Shown one piece after another: positions 40,655-52,067 of a stretch of DNA of 64,000 nt (position 1 is the first letter of the stretch; each line of letters begins with the position of its first letter). The translations under genes and the position numbers were made by a program. Source of the stretch: Eledone cirrhosa. Lineage: Eukaryota. Location: contig OZ024743.1 of the NCBI GenBank assembly GCA_964016885.1, forward strand, positions 35,030,001-35,094,000. The letters are read 5' to 3'. The notes under the pieces were generated by a model. It did no database searches, was not told the origin of the DNA, and saw only the letters and a list, made by a program, of their open reading frames with translations.

Positions 40655-40850
40655 AAGGTGCATAGCTTAGTCGTTAGCACATTAGATACATTATTGTGAG
40701 ATTATGGGTTCAATTTCTGAACTGGGTGGCACATTACATTCTTCAGCATGACACTTCATTTTATGTTGCTTTACATGATAGAACAGGAGTACCTATGAGA
40801 TGTAACCTTGCAAGATGCCAGCTAAACCTACATAGGAGTGAGCTGCAAAT
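40655..40850 (+). mobile_element. tRNA/CORE-like SINE family with a different tail (S3)
   Basis: tRNA-like head, core, and tail ...CCAGCTAAACCTACATAGG. Reverse-strand relatives at about 3400-3610, 16745-16965, 28080-28310, 31375-31580 and 63250-63450. Confidence 0.65.
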
Positions 40851-41816
40851 TTCATCTTCATATTTCTAATGAAAGACACTGCCTATGATTTTCAAATAAT
40901 TTTGAAAATATTCAATAATTTGCAAGGTAACTAATTCTCTCACTATTAACCCTTTAGCATCTACATTACTCTATATATAATATTGTATTTTCAAAGAAAA
41001 CGCTTTATCTCACATAATATCGAATCTATGAGATTTTGATATTATTTATTTTGAGAACAATACCTTAACATCAGTATGAGCGGCCAGTTACAACTGGTTT
41101 GAACAGAAAGAGGTGAGAGAATTCTGGCCGGACATGGTTGGTTTAAGTGCTAAAGAGTTAAGCTAGTGTCTGGAGCATAACCTATCAAAGGCTCTTACAT
41201 AAAATTATGATGGAAGTGGAAGGATTTTAGATAAATATAAACACTTTAAAATAAACAGCTACGTATCATAGAACCAGTCAGTTTAAGGCATTTTGAAACC
41301 AAAAGGTTTAAATATGTTAACATTGTTTTCAAATGGAGAGCATTTTTGAATTTTTCTCTAAGCAATTTTAGTTCCTTCTACCTACAAATGTACAATTTTG
41401 TATATTTACTAAATGATCTATTCATCGCTACTTTGGCAAATATGACCAAGGCTATAATTTGCTGATGAGGTCAGAATAAAACCAACATTATGTTGGAAGA
41501 TAATTATTAGCTACAGACTAATATCATTTTTCCTCACTGTATGAATATTTATAGTTATTTAATGCTTCATGTATAAATTGACTTTTCCCACCCAACAAAA
41601 TGACTGGCCTTGTGCTGAAAGCAGAAACCATTAATTTGTGTGTGTGTGTATATATATATATGTATATATAGAGAGAAAGACTGTGATGCTGAGACTAAGG
41701 AGACCACTAATCGTGGGAGTACTCAATGCATGGAGAGATGCAGAGTGGGTATAGAGATATATAAAATCCCGACCGTGGTGCCAAGCTGTTTCAGGATTTT
41801 ATATATCTCTCTGCCA

Positions 41817-41915
<99 letters not shown>

Positions 41916-42182
41916 CACTGACACACACTCACATACCTCTGATTAAATGAAACTTCAAAGGAGGCAAACTAAAGCTGCATAGGTAACATACATACATACA
42001 TACATACATACATACATACATACATACATACATAAATAAATAAATACACACACACATATTTATATACACACATATTCATACATATATATTTATTTACATG
42101 CACACACAAATTTGTGGTGTACGCATGTAATGTGACTGCGTGTGAAATTTAAAGGGCAAATGAAAATAAATTATTCAAATAC

Positions 42183-42259
42183 CTGTTAGGGAGACATGCT
42201 CAGGAGCGTCTTCCAAGTCTAGACATTCCCCTTCTCTCATCTTCTCCGACTGAGAATCA
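42183..42259 (-). CDS. CDK5RAP2: Centrosomin/CDK5RAP2/myomegalin-like gene, most 5' exon found (DSQSEKMREGECLDLEDAPEHVSLT)
   Basis: Acceptor ttttctttcttatag, donor G|gtatt; 77 nt. Ends in phase 1, matching the next exon. May contain the start ATG (MREGE) or follow an unidentified upstream exon. Confidence 0.7.
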
Positions 42260-42283
42260 CTATAAGAAAGAAAAATAAATGGA

Positions 42284-42331
<48 letters not shown>

Positions 42332-43816
42332 CATGAATGACATAATAGTGGCATCATGAAAGTGAAATTATGCATTAATAAAAATTATTATATAGAAAAG
42401 AATGTAACAATGGTAATGATATATTGAAAATAGATTGCTTCAGAAGAATATGCTGGAAATAAATAGAGACATACATCTGTTTGAAGAAAAGAAACAAGAA
42501 AAAATATATGTGGGTGACTAAAACTGTTTAACCACATACTAACCATAGTAACTAATCTAAATGTCTCGGTAAGATATTGATTTCTTACATAGATATATAG
42601 CTACATATTTATAAAGATGATAAATGAGGAAGCTATAGTGCCGATGTTTTTCAATGAGCAATTCATCATCATCATCATTTTACGTCTGCTTTTCCCTGCT
42701 TGCAAGGGTTGGATGGGTCCTATTCAGCACAGCATCTCTCCACTTGTCACGGTCCTTCGTCATCAGCATAAATGGAGTGAAATGGATCTAAGAATCTAAA
42801 TTACGTACAGGATTCTGTTCTATTGGAATTTGTTTCAACTGAACAAAAATTACTACATGCACCATTTTTATTTTATATTTATTTTTTACTTTTATTATTA
42901 GCAGTGTTAATGTGGTGTATGGCAGAATTAGGAAATCATCAGACAAATTGTTATTTAGTTACTTCCTTTTATGTTCTCGGTTCAAATCCTGCTGTATATA
43001 ATTTTGCCTGTCATCCATCTAGGACCAATAAAATACATACTACAAGCATTTTATGGCCATTTTCCATGCTAAAGCAGAGGTTAGCCTTGTATGTTTCATG
43101 ACAAGCTTCATATTCTTCAAGGGATCTTTTTTAAGGCAATGTTTTACAGCTAGATGGTCTTCTTGACACTGACCCTTTTAGTTGACACTTATGATATGCA
43201 GAAATATAGTGCTTATTTTAAACCAGACATATACACGTCAAGTATTTGGGTTGAACTAATCTAAATATAATAAAGTAAGAAGCGCGGGATTGCGTACGGT
43301 TTATAATTTTTTATCCCATTAGTAAAATAAATTGGATTACTTTGAATGAATAATGAATGAATATTACATAATTTATCTACTAAATTTCGTGGTTGTTCAT
43401 TAAATATATTTTATTATTTATTTAAAGATTCACTTCTTTAAAATTTTAAAATGTCAACACTTCCGGTGGCGATCGCTTAAATAAACATACTAATTTTCTC
43501 CTAATGCAGTTTATATATAACTAGCAACTGAGCCCGGTTGCACCCGGGGCCACTTTTTATTAAGTTAATAATTTGAAAAATATTATTGAAAGTTTATTAT
43601 AAAGAAGCAGTTTCAGGAAAAAAAATAGAAATATGCACTTGGGGCTGGACGGCGTACAATGAGAAGTGGAGCGACGTGAAAAGCGTTGTTTATTAACAGT
43701 GAAATAGCAATGTCGATGATATGCAATTTGAAAAATACTACTTACTGTTAGTGGTGGTTAACATGTATTAGAATTAAAATAAAAACACGCGTCCCTTCTT
43801 CGCAATTTAAGGGTTT

Positions 43817-45611
43817 GGCGATATTTGGTTTTAGTGTCCTAAATTATCATCATCGACATTCAATTATTAGCTCCACCCACTACACGATACGTCACGACAC
43901 GTCATCAGCTGCTGCTGCGGCTTGATTTTTACATGTTCATTTTCTTACATGCTTCATTTTTACACGAAAAAACATTGAATTTTTAGAATAAATATTTATT
44001 AAAATATTAACAGAGAAAATTAGATTTTTGATTTATTTTTTGAACAAAATAAATATTTATTTACAGTTTTTCACAGAAAAACTATGCTTCATTTTTACAT
44101 GAATATTTATTTACAGTTTTTAAGTTTTTAACCGAAACACTATGCTTCATTTTTACATGAATATTTATTTACAGTTTTTAACAGAAAAAAAATTGCTGCG
44201 AAATACATTTTTTTTTTAACACACGATACGTCGCAAAGGTAAATGTTTTGAAAAAATTTTAAAAACTGTAAATCTGTAAAATTGTTAAAAACGGTTATAG
44301 CGAAGATACTGGGTTGTTTGAATGTAACAAGGAGACATGGTTTGTGTGTATAATATTTAATTAACAATCATGGATATATATAGAACAGTATAGTTGAAAT
44401 GTCAAAGAAATAGATGATAGAATGAAGCAAAGTTAGTAGTTACCGTTTTGATTGCCAGGCAAACGCGAGACGCCTGGCGAAGGCCAGGCGCCGGAAGGGC
44501 AAATGAGAGGGAGAGAGCCGAAGGCTATTCGTTTTATAGGGCTCTGCCGGAAGTTACAGAAAGGGTTCTACTTCCCGTCTAGATCTTAATCTATTGGGGT
44601 TGTGAGTCACAACAAGGGAGACAACCGCTACATAACCTCCCACCAGAATTTTAGAATATAAAAACCCGAATGAAATATGTAGCAAGTTGGCGAGAATGTT
44701 GTAACAGGCATGAAAATTACGACAAAAGAATGTTTGCAAAAATCAATGATAGATATCAAGGTAGCCAACCGCTCTTGGCCAGAGAACGACTGGACATCTA
44801 TCTATCCATCACCCAAAGATACAATGTAATAAAGTAAGAGAAGGGCTCAAAGTTCAAATGTACAAAATATAGTTCACAGGTGTGCAATCACATGACAGCA
44901 GGAAAGAAAGTGTGTTCCAGAGAATGAATGCAGGTGGTTTCTGTTCTGTGGTATATCGTGAAATTTCCAACCTCCGAATGGATTTTCTCACAGGAAGAGT
45001 GCTGCAAAAATAAATTCTCTGGCTTGGTTTGTGTGTATAATATTTAATTAACAATCATGGATATATATAGAACAGTATAGTTGAAATGTCAAAGAAATAG
45101 ATGATAGAATGAAGCAAAGTTAGTAGTTACCGTTTTGATTGCCAGGCAAACGCGAGACGCCTGGCGAAGGCCAGGAGCCGGAAGGGCAAATGAGAGGGAG
45201 AGAGCCGAAGGCTATTCGTTTTATAGGGCTCTGTCGGAAGTTACAGAAAGGGTTCTACTTCCCGTCTAGATCTTAATCTATTGGGGTTGTGAGTCACAAC
45301 AAGGGAGACAACCGCTACACGGTAAATCTGTTAAAAAAAAAAATGTATTTCGCAGCAATTTTTTTTCTGTTAAAAACTGTAAATAAATATTCATGTAAAA
45401 ATGAAGCAGTGTTTCGGTTAAATACATTTTTTTTAAAACAGATTTACAGTTTTAAACAACAGAAAAAACATTTCTTTAAACAATATATTGTTGTGATATA
45501 CAGTTTTAAATTTTTTCGAAACGTTTACTTTCGTGACGTATCGTGTAGTGGGTGGAGCTAATAATTGAATGTCGATGATGATAATTTAGGACACTAAAAC
45601 CAAGTATCGCC
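43817..45611. mobile_element. TIR DNA element with GG termini and 8-bp TSD (Merlin-like, non-autonomous)
   Basis: About 80-bp TIRs (GGCGATA[T/C]TTGGTTTTAGTGTCC...), inner inverted blocks at 44130-44221 and 45329-45419, TSD AAGGGTTT at 43809-43816 and 45612-45619. Confidence 0.8.
44296..45319 (-). mobile_element. Internally deleted LTR retroelement (Gypsy-like/TRIM-like)
   Basis: 295-bp direct repeats at 44338-44632 and 45025-45319; termini TGTAGCG...CGCTATA; TSD CGGT; PPT-like GGTGGGAGG before the 3' LTR; TATAAAA in the LTR. Confidence 0.82.
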
Positions 45612-45931
45612 AAGGGTTTTATTTCTTTTGATGGAAAACAGTGACCGTACTGCAGAATCGATTTCATAAAATGGTACTGTATGTAGAAGGATGATGAAAT
45701 TGTAAAGACAAAAGTATTAGATTATGGGGGAAATAACTCACCGAACGCGATAGTTTTGGGGCCCCAGGGACCACATTTTTCAAGTTAGAGATTTGAAACC
45801 TAGTCTATTTGCTTCCTTGGCACTTTTTACATAGGTGTGTAAATTTTCATGTCAGTCCGACCACGTCTACTACCATTTAACCATGCACATTTGAATTTCA
45901 ACCACCGCCCATTTCACAAATATATATTAGA

Positions 45932-46992
45932 CTAGCAGAGGTATCCGGCGTTGCTCGGATATTAAATAGCAATTATGTGTACCATTTATGTCAATACTTC
46001 AGTGCTGCTTCGAAAACTATACTTTTACAAAATCATTGGCTTTTTCCAAAAGGGAGTTCCTGCCCCCAGGGGTCCCCTACCCAATATGTGCCAATTCTGA
46101 GAGTTCACATTCATCTGTAGGACAAACGTAGCCCATGTGTCAAGTTTTGTGAAAATCGGTTGCGAACTCCAGAAGTTATGACGTTTTGTTGCATTGCACT
46201 GCAGTGCTTCAGTCGACTCCAAGAAAGTGGTTAAAGTGGTTAAAGGGGTTATCTGCCGGGGAGCCCTATAATCAATATCTGGAAAAATGACAGTGCCCAT
46301 GACCATCCGGAGTACATAAGTAACCTATGTCTTAAGTTTGGTGAAAATACTGTAGAAATGCATAAGGTTTATACATACGCGCGTGCGTGTGTGTGTGTGT
46401 GTGTGTGTATTTGTGTGTGCGTATGTATGTGTATGTCCGTCGGGGCATACATATATACTGGCCTAAATCTTCACTATTTACTTTTACTATTTTAATAACC
46501 TCTGTCATTTTCGTTTTCAATTTTATTTACATCATTCTTAAACTCCGGGGCTGGAAATCATTCTGTTATTTTAAATAGAATATTAGTCTAACGACTCCAT
46601 TTATACCATAAACTTGGTCTTGTCTTTGCATGAAATTGTTCTTCACGCTTCACATAACGACGTATTATCCTCGCTTTTTTCCCGTTCATTGCCAGGGAAC
46701 GTCTTCACGGACCAAAATATCGTCTTCCTGTTTTCGTTCGGTTGCAACGATTCTCAAAATAATTACTTCTGCGTTCACAGATTACTCTCAGTTCAATTTG
46801 AATGGGAAATTCGTGTTTCATCGATTTTCTCCGTAATCATAGAAGATTGTAGCTTGAAAGTTGACCCAACGACTCCTCGGGTCATTCTGCATAGCTGTGT
46901 AAATTTTCGCTGCATTCCACCAAGCCGTTTCGACGTTTATCCGACTACACCTACATATACAACGTCCAACCACTTCCAATTTATATAGTAGA
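45932..46992 (-). mobile_element. Non-autonomous Helitron B
   Basis: 5' TCTACTATATAAA; 3' hairpin tatccggcgttgctcggata then CTAG, abutting the TC of Helitron A. Confidence 0.85.
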
Positions 46993-47535
46993 TTTGTTTA
47001 TATATGAATGACAAAAAGAAAAGTACAAAACTATACATGAATTGTTTCTACTAAACTTTCAATTTAAGACACAACCTACATATTTGATAGGACTCCAGCT
47101 CACTTCTTCTTCTTTTGCACCCCCTGGAACATTGGGCTGCGAGCCACCCCCACACAACGCCATATTCTGAGTCTGCTTTTCAACTCCACTGTGATGCACG
47201 ATGCGTCATGGTGTATCTAACCATTCTTTTAGGTCTTACTATGGCTGATTTCTTCCAGAGAGAAAGAAAGAGATGGAAAAAGGCAGAGAAGGTTCAGCCC
47301 CGGAGGAATAATAAAAAATGTTTACACTGCACATTTCCTTTTTTCAAAGCTAAAGCTGCCAATCCAAAATCGGTAATTCAACTCCCTGAAAACTTTCAAA
47401 TATATGCTGTTCTAGCATGAATATTATGCTAAGGATAAGCTGTCCACAAAGTAAGATTTACTTGCATATCGCCGCTCATATAAACACATAAATACATACA
47501 TTACAGTTGATATTTTCTTTTATTAAAGCGTTTTC

Positions 47536-47572
<37 letters not shown>

Positions 47573-47756
47573 AATTTATATCTAGTAACATTTATATACA
47601 TACAGATGCATATCAATGCTAGCAAATATATAGGTTTTGTCTTAGTAACATTGTGGTTCAATGCATGGGTTGCAGAACAATAATATGAGAGACGTAAGAT
47701 AAGAAAATTATAAAATTATAAAAAAATTATAAAATTGACTTACTTACTAAAATATC

Positions 47757-47838
47757 ACTTCCAACTAATTAGTTTCTGGAATGGAGTAAATATATTTTCC
47801 GAAGAATATATAGAAAAACATTCCGTCGTCAGGAAATT
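47757..47838 (-). ncRNA. Candidate hammerhead ribozyme, mirror copy
   Basis: Reverse-complement copy of 47974-48055 with a weaker stem I (AAUUUC/GGAAGU). Confidence 0.5.
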
Positions 47839-47973
47839 TGCCACAGACGTAGAGGCAGTGATTTTCTCAATGGCTAGGATTTCAGTCCACGCTTCGCTAT
47901 TTCCTTTCCACTGAATTATTTTTTAATAAGTTTCCAGAGTCCTCGCTATGCCTGGAAACTTACATGAAAAGAG

Positions 47974-48055
47974 ACTTTCCTGACGACGGAATGCTTTTCT
48001 ATATATTCTTCGGAAAATATATTTACTCCATTCCAGAAACTAATTAGTTGGAAGT
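47974..48055 (+). ncRNA. Candidate type I hammerhead ribozyme
   Basis: Stem I ACUUUC/GGAAGU; CUGACGA; stem II GGAAUG/CAUUCC; GAAA; palindromic stem III ACUA-AU-UAGU; GUU cleavage triplet at 48047-48049. Confidence 0.6.
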
Positions 48056-48120
48056 GATATTTTAGTAAGTAAGTAAATTTTATAAATTTTTTTATAATTT
48101 TATAATTTTCTTACCTTACG

Positions 48121-48198
<78 letters not shown>

Positions 48199-48257
48199 GA
48201 AACATAAGATAATTGCATGAACTCATAATCCTTTATTTACTGTAAGACAAAACAGGA

Positions 48258-48460
48258 GGAAATAACTCACCGAACGCGATAGTTTTGGGGCCCCAGGGAC
48301 CACATTTTTCAAGTTAGAGATTTGAAACCTAGTCTATTTGCTTCCTTGGCACTTTTTACATAGGTGTGTAAATTTTCATGTCAGTCCGACCACGTCTACT
48401 ACCATTTAACCGTGCACATCTGAATTTCAACCACCGCCCATTTCACAAATATATATTAGA
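48258..48460 (-). mobile_element. Second copy of the Helitron A 5' end
   Basis: Nearly identical to 45729-45931; its TC end marks the junction back into host H1. Confidence 0.85.
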
Positions 48461-49530
48461 TATCGTCTTTTTTAATGTATCATAATTACATAAGACAGTG
48501 CAACACAGTCTCTCTTCAATTTCTGTGTATATTGTCAATTACGATTTCATTTGATGTATCATATCTACATGTGTATATACTTGCATATAATATCAATATA
48601 CACACTAGCAGAAAACCACCGAAGGGGTGGTTTTTCTGCTAGTCACCTATAATTTACCCCAGATGTGCCATATGTTTAGGTTAGAAATCATTACTAGAAC
48701 TGTTATCAAAAAGATAGTCTTTAAATTCAAGCCTTCACGTACCTGAATTAAAGGTTTCATATGATAAGAACAGAACCTTTATTTTTATATACCATATGAA
48801 GATAAGATAGCAAAAGAGAAAAATCAGCAATCCTATTCTCTGAATGAATTATTATTCATAAAAAAATAATTTTAGTTTTCTATCAATGAAAGAAGAGCCA
48901 TGAGAAAAATACCCGCAAAACAAACATATTAATACTTCATGATATATTGACCACTTTCTGTCAAATGTAAAGTTATATCTTTGGCAGCTATTTAAATCAA
49001 AGACTACAAAGTTTTCTTCTACAATATTTAAGAAAAAATCTCAGATTGTGGAATATTTAAGTGAATTATTAAAATAGTATTAAACATAACCTCTCACTTG
49101 TGATTTAACTATGTTTTCTATAATTTCAATGTCAATGGTAATTTACTAGGGCAGTGAGAAAGTCGTGAAAGAATAATAGTTGATAAAGTAGAATAGAATG
49201 GAAAGTTGGTACAGCCAAAGTTATGCAGTTTAGGGAAAGGGCATTCTATTGATTAAATCAGGTCCCCCAAAGGGACATGTATGGGTTGCTATTACAAAAT
49301 GTTTCTGATAGAAAGAAGAATGGATATAGACATCTTGGAAGATAGAGACCAACAGAAGAAGCCTTGCCACCCCCACTCCCAAAGTCATCTCAGCCGCTAA
49401 ATGTCAGTCTAATAATTGGGGGTTTTTTTTTCATCTAGAGCCAGCTAAAAATGCTGCTAGCCAACAGCTATATAAGATTTTTATATAGTACAGTATTTAC
49501 GAGCTCTGCATCCGATTATAAAGTTTCAGA

Positions 49531-50130
49531 TAATAATAATAATGAAATTATTGTATATAGTGCTAAAGTGCACTACAACTCATCAAAATAGCATGTATAG
49601 TACATAGAATAATGTACAAATGTCAGGGAAATGGATAGTGTATGAGTCATGATACACATGTGTGTGTGTGTGTGTATGGAGGGGGAGTATTAGGTGTAGT
49701 GTTGGAGAATCTCAGGAAGCATGGAGGTTTAAAGGATTCAGTGTCTCGACAGCTAACAACTGATGCCAGGAGTTTGTTCCATGCTTCAGCAACTCTGAGC
49801 ATGAAAAAATGTTTCTGAAAGTCATGGGAGCTGTGCTGTTTTCTGACTTTGTTGGCATGCCCAGGGTTGTTGTTGGCAAGATGGTTAATAATTTTGTGGG
49901 TGTTTACCAAGTCAGTTGCCAGACGTCGGAGCTTCAATGGATCCATGCCCAGGGAAGTAAGGCGTTCAGAGTATGGTAGATGCCTGATGGAGGGTATTCG
50001 CTTGGTTGCACGTCTCTGAACAGTTTCCAGGCGGTCAATGTTCTGAGCAAGATAGGGTTCCAGACTGGTGATGCAAATTGTAAGTGTGGCTGCACCATAC
50101 AGCTTTAAATAGATAGCTGGAGAGCGGCTG
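49531..50130 (-). mobile_element. CR1 LINE 3' fragment, more diverged
   Basis: Same family as 8630-9913 (LKLRRLATDLVNTHK, FFMLRVAEAWNKL) with deletions. Confidence 0.9.
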
Positions 50131-52067
50131 ATAATTCATTAAGAGTCTATTTAGTGCACTAGCCAAAAGGTTGATGGTTCATATTTCATTAAATCCATGT
50201 ATTCACTTTCTCTTGTTATAAATGGATGCCATAGGGAGGTAGAGACTATTGCTCTAAATAGCAGTGTTACTGTATAAATGATTTGTCGTAACCTTACAGT
50301 GCTGTGCTCAAACCCTTCCGTGGCCAACTGGCCAGAGACTAGATACTAACAGTAGTTATCTCATCAAAACATACTCATAGTAAAATCTGTACACTGATAA
50401 CTTTTTCAAGAGTTATGAAACCAAAATCTGACCATAAATGTTAAAGGCTGAAACATTACCAGACCTAACAATGTATCTAAATATTTCACAACAGTTTTGA
50501 TAACCTTAACTTTTGATAATAATTTTGTATTTTTTAAGTTATGCTCAGATCTCAGCATAATGAGAAAATTAATCATATCAAGTCTTTCCAAATTCTTGAT
50601 TATTTTTAAAGTTATTTGAAAATCATTGGCAGCATGTTTCAATAGAGATATATGAGTTTTCCTGGAAAGATAAAAAATACCCTAACATGCACAGCAAATT
50701 TGATGACAGGTGCAATGGTGAAGGCATTTTCTATCACTTTCATCTATTTCTAAAAAAATATATAAGGTATTGTCAGTGAGAGGAGTAACCATGGCAGAAG
50801 AAGGTAGAAAAGATTCTAAAAATTAATAAAACTGCTGTGATGATTACAGCAGACCAATCTAACTAATGTTAGAATGAAAAAGAAAAACTTCACATATTAA
50901 AACGTTCATGATAAATAAACATTATAACACTATTATCCAATGATAAAGATATGTAGAATATTCTCATCAATAGTAGAGTTCAAACTAAGATGGAACTTGT
51001 TTAGATATCCAAGGTTTGAAAGTCATGTTATATCTTCACCACAAACAATTATGACTAAGTAAAACAGTGTTTTTGTGTGTGTACTTTTTTATTTCTTTAT
51101 TAAAACCATGTGCTCAGAAAATGCATCTTCTCAACAACATTCTTACACACTCAAAACCACTTCAACAAACAACTGTGTTGACTAATACATTAAACCTAAT
51201 TATATTTAAAGAGAAAATGATTTACAAAAATATTTTGAATTATGTGTGTAAAAATGATTTTTGGACCCTAGAATAATGAGGAGGAAACATTTCAACATGT
51301 TATATCAACATAGTAAAAGCTGGAATTGAGTTTCACCATTTCAATGAAGAGTCAAGATTTTCAAGTTTAACTGTATGTAACTAGGTGTCGGAAATCATAA
51401 AAGTTAACTGAAATAGCTTGGTGAAAAATTGCACTGTATGAAGTAAACACTAGAGGAAAATGCTACAAGGGCTCTTCTAAATTTAAGACAAAATAATGAG
51501 AATGAGAACAAGTGGACCATTTCTTCTATATTGAAATTTTTTTATGTATTGTCTATAATGTAAGATTGTATCTTTAACTCCTTTGAAACCGCCCAGGTTC
51601 TACGATACTAAGCTGTTTATTTCAAAGTGTTTTATTTATGTAAGAACCTTTGTTAAGCTATGCCCTACATACAAATAATAAATAATGAAAGTTACTAAAT
51701 CCCTTGAAATTCTTATTATTTTCAAAATTATTTGAAAAACATAGGCTGTGTGTCTTCATTACAAATATGGTAGTGAAATGGGTAAACATACACACATTTG
51801 CAGAATACAGAATAGAAAAAATTCCTGCCTGATTTTGAACTAGCTCTGTTTTATTATATTTTTTTTATTATTATATTATAAATCATATTTTTATTGTAGA
51901 TATAAAATGAAATGTTTAGCGTTAATAAAACAATATAAACCTCGCCAATGGGCAGAATTTGTTGAATTTTATTTTTAAAAATTGTTCGAAAATTTAAACT
52001 TGGAATTTTGAGACTCAAAGGAATAGCCTTCTTCATACCAACCCACCTAAAACTGCTCTTGAATCTA

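Larger units (their letters stand above)
43521..45931 (-). mobile_element. Non-autonomous Helitron A
   Basis: 3' end ctagcaactgagcccggttgcacccggg; 5' end TCTAATATATATTTG at 45931. Confidence 0.8.
47687..48126. mobile_element. Inverted-repeat element with 150-bp arms, probably inverted Penelope-like pseudo-LTRs
   Basis: Arms 47687-47836 and 47976-48126 are almost perfectly complementary; flanked by ATAT/(AT)n; each arm carries a hammerhead core. Confidence 0.7.
43260..48642 (+). mobile_element. Helitron H1 copy split by a 4.94-kb insertion
   Basis: 5' half 43260-43520 and 3' half 48461-48642 join to match 37968-38434; ends a|TC and CTAG|t. Confidence 0.85.

Noticed and set aside
41455-41505. 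CTGATGA followed by a ccaaca/tgttgg hairpin as a hammerhead
   Set aside because: No GAAA core and no stem II or convincing stem I.
47687-48126. Sola-type MITE (GAG...CTC ends with ATAT flanks)
   Set aside because: Not excluded, but the ATAT flank merges into a microsatellite and the complete hammerhead fold favours a Penelope-like origin.
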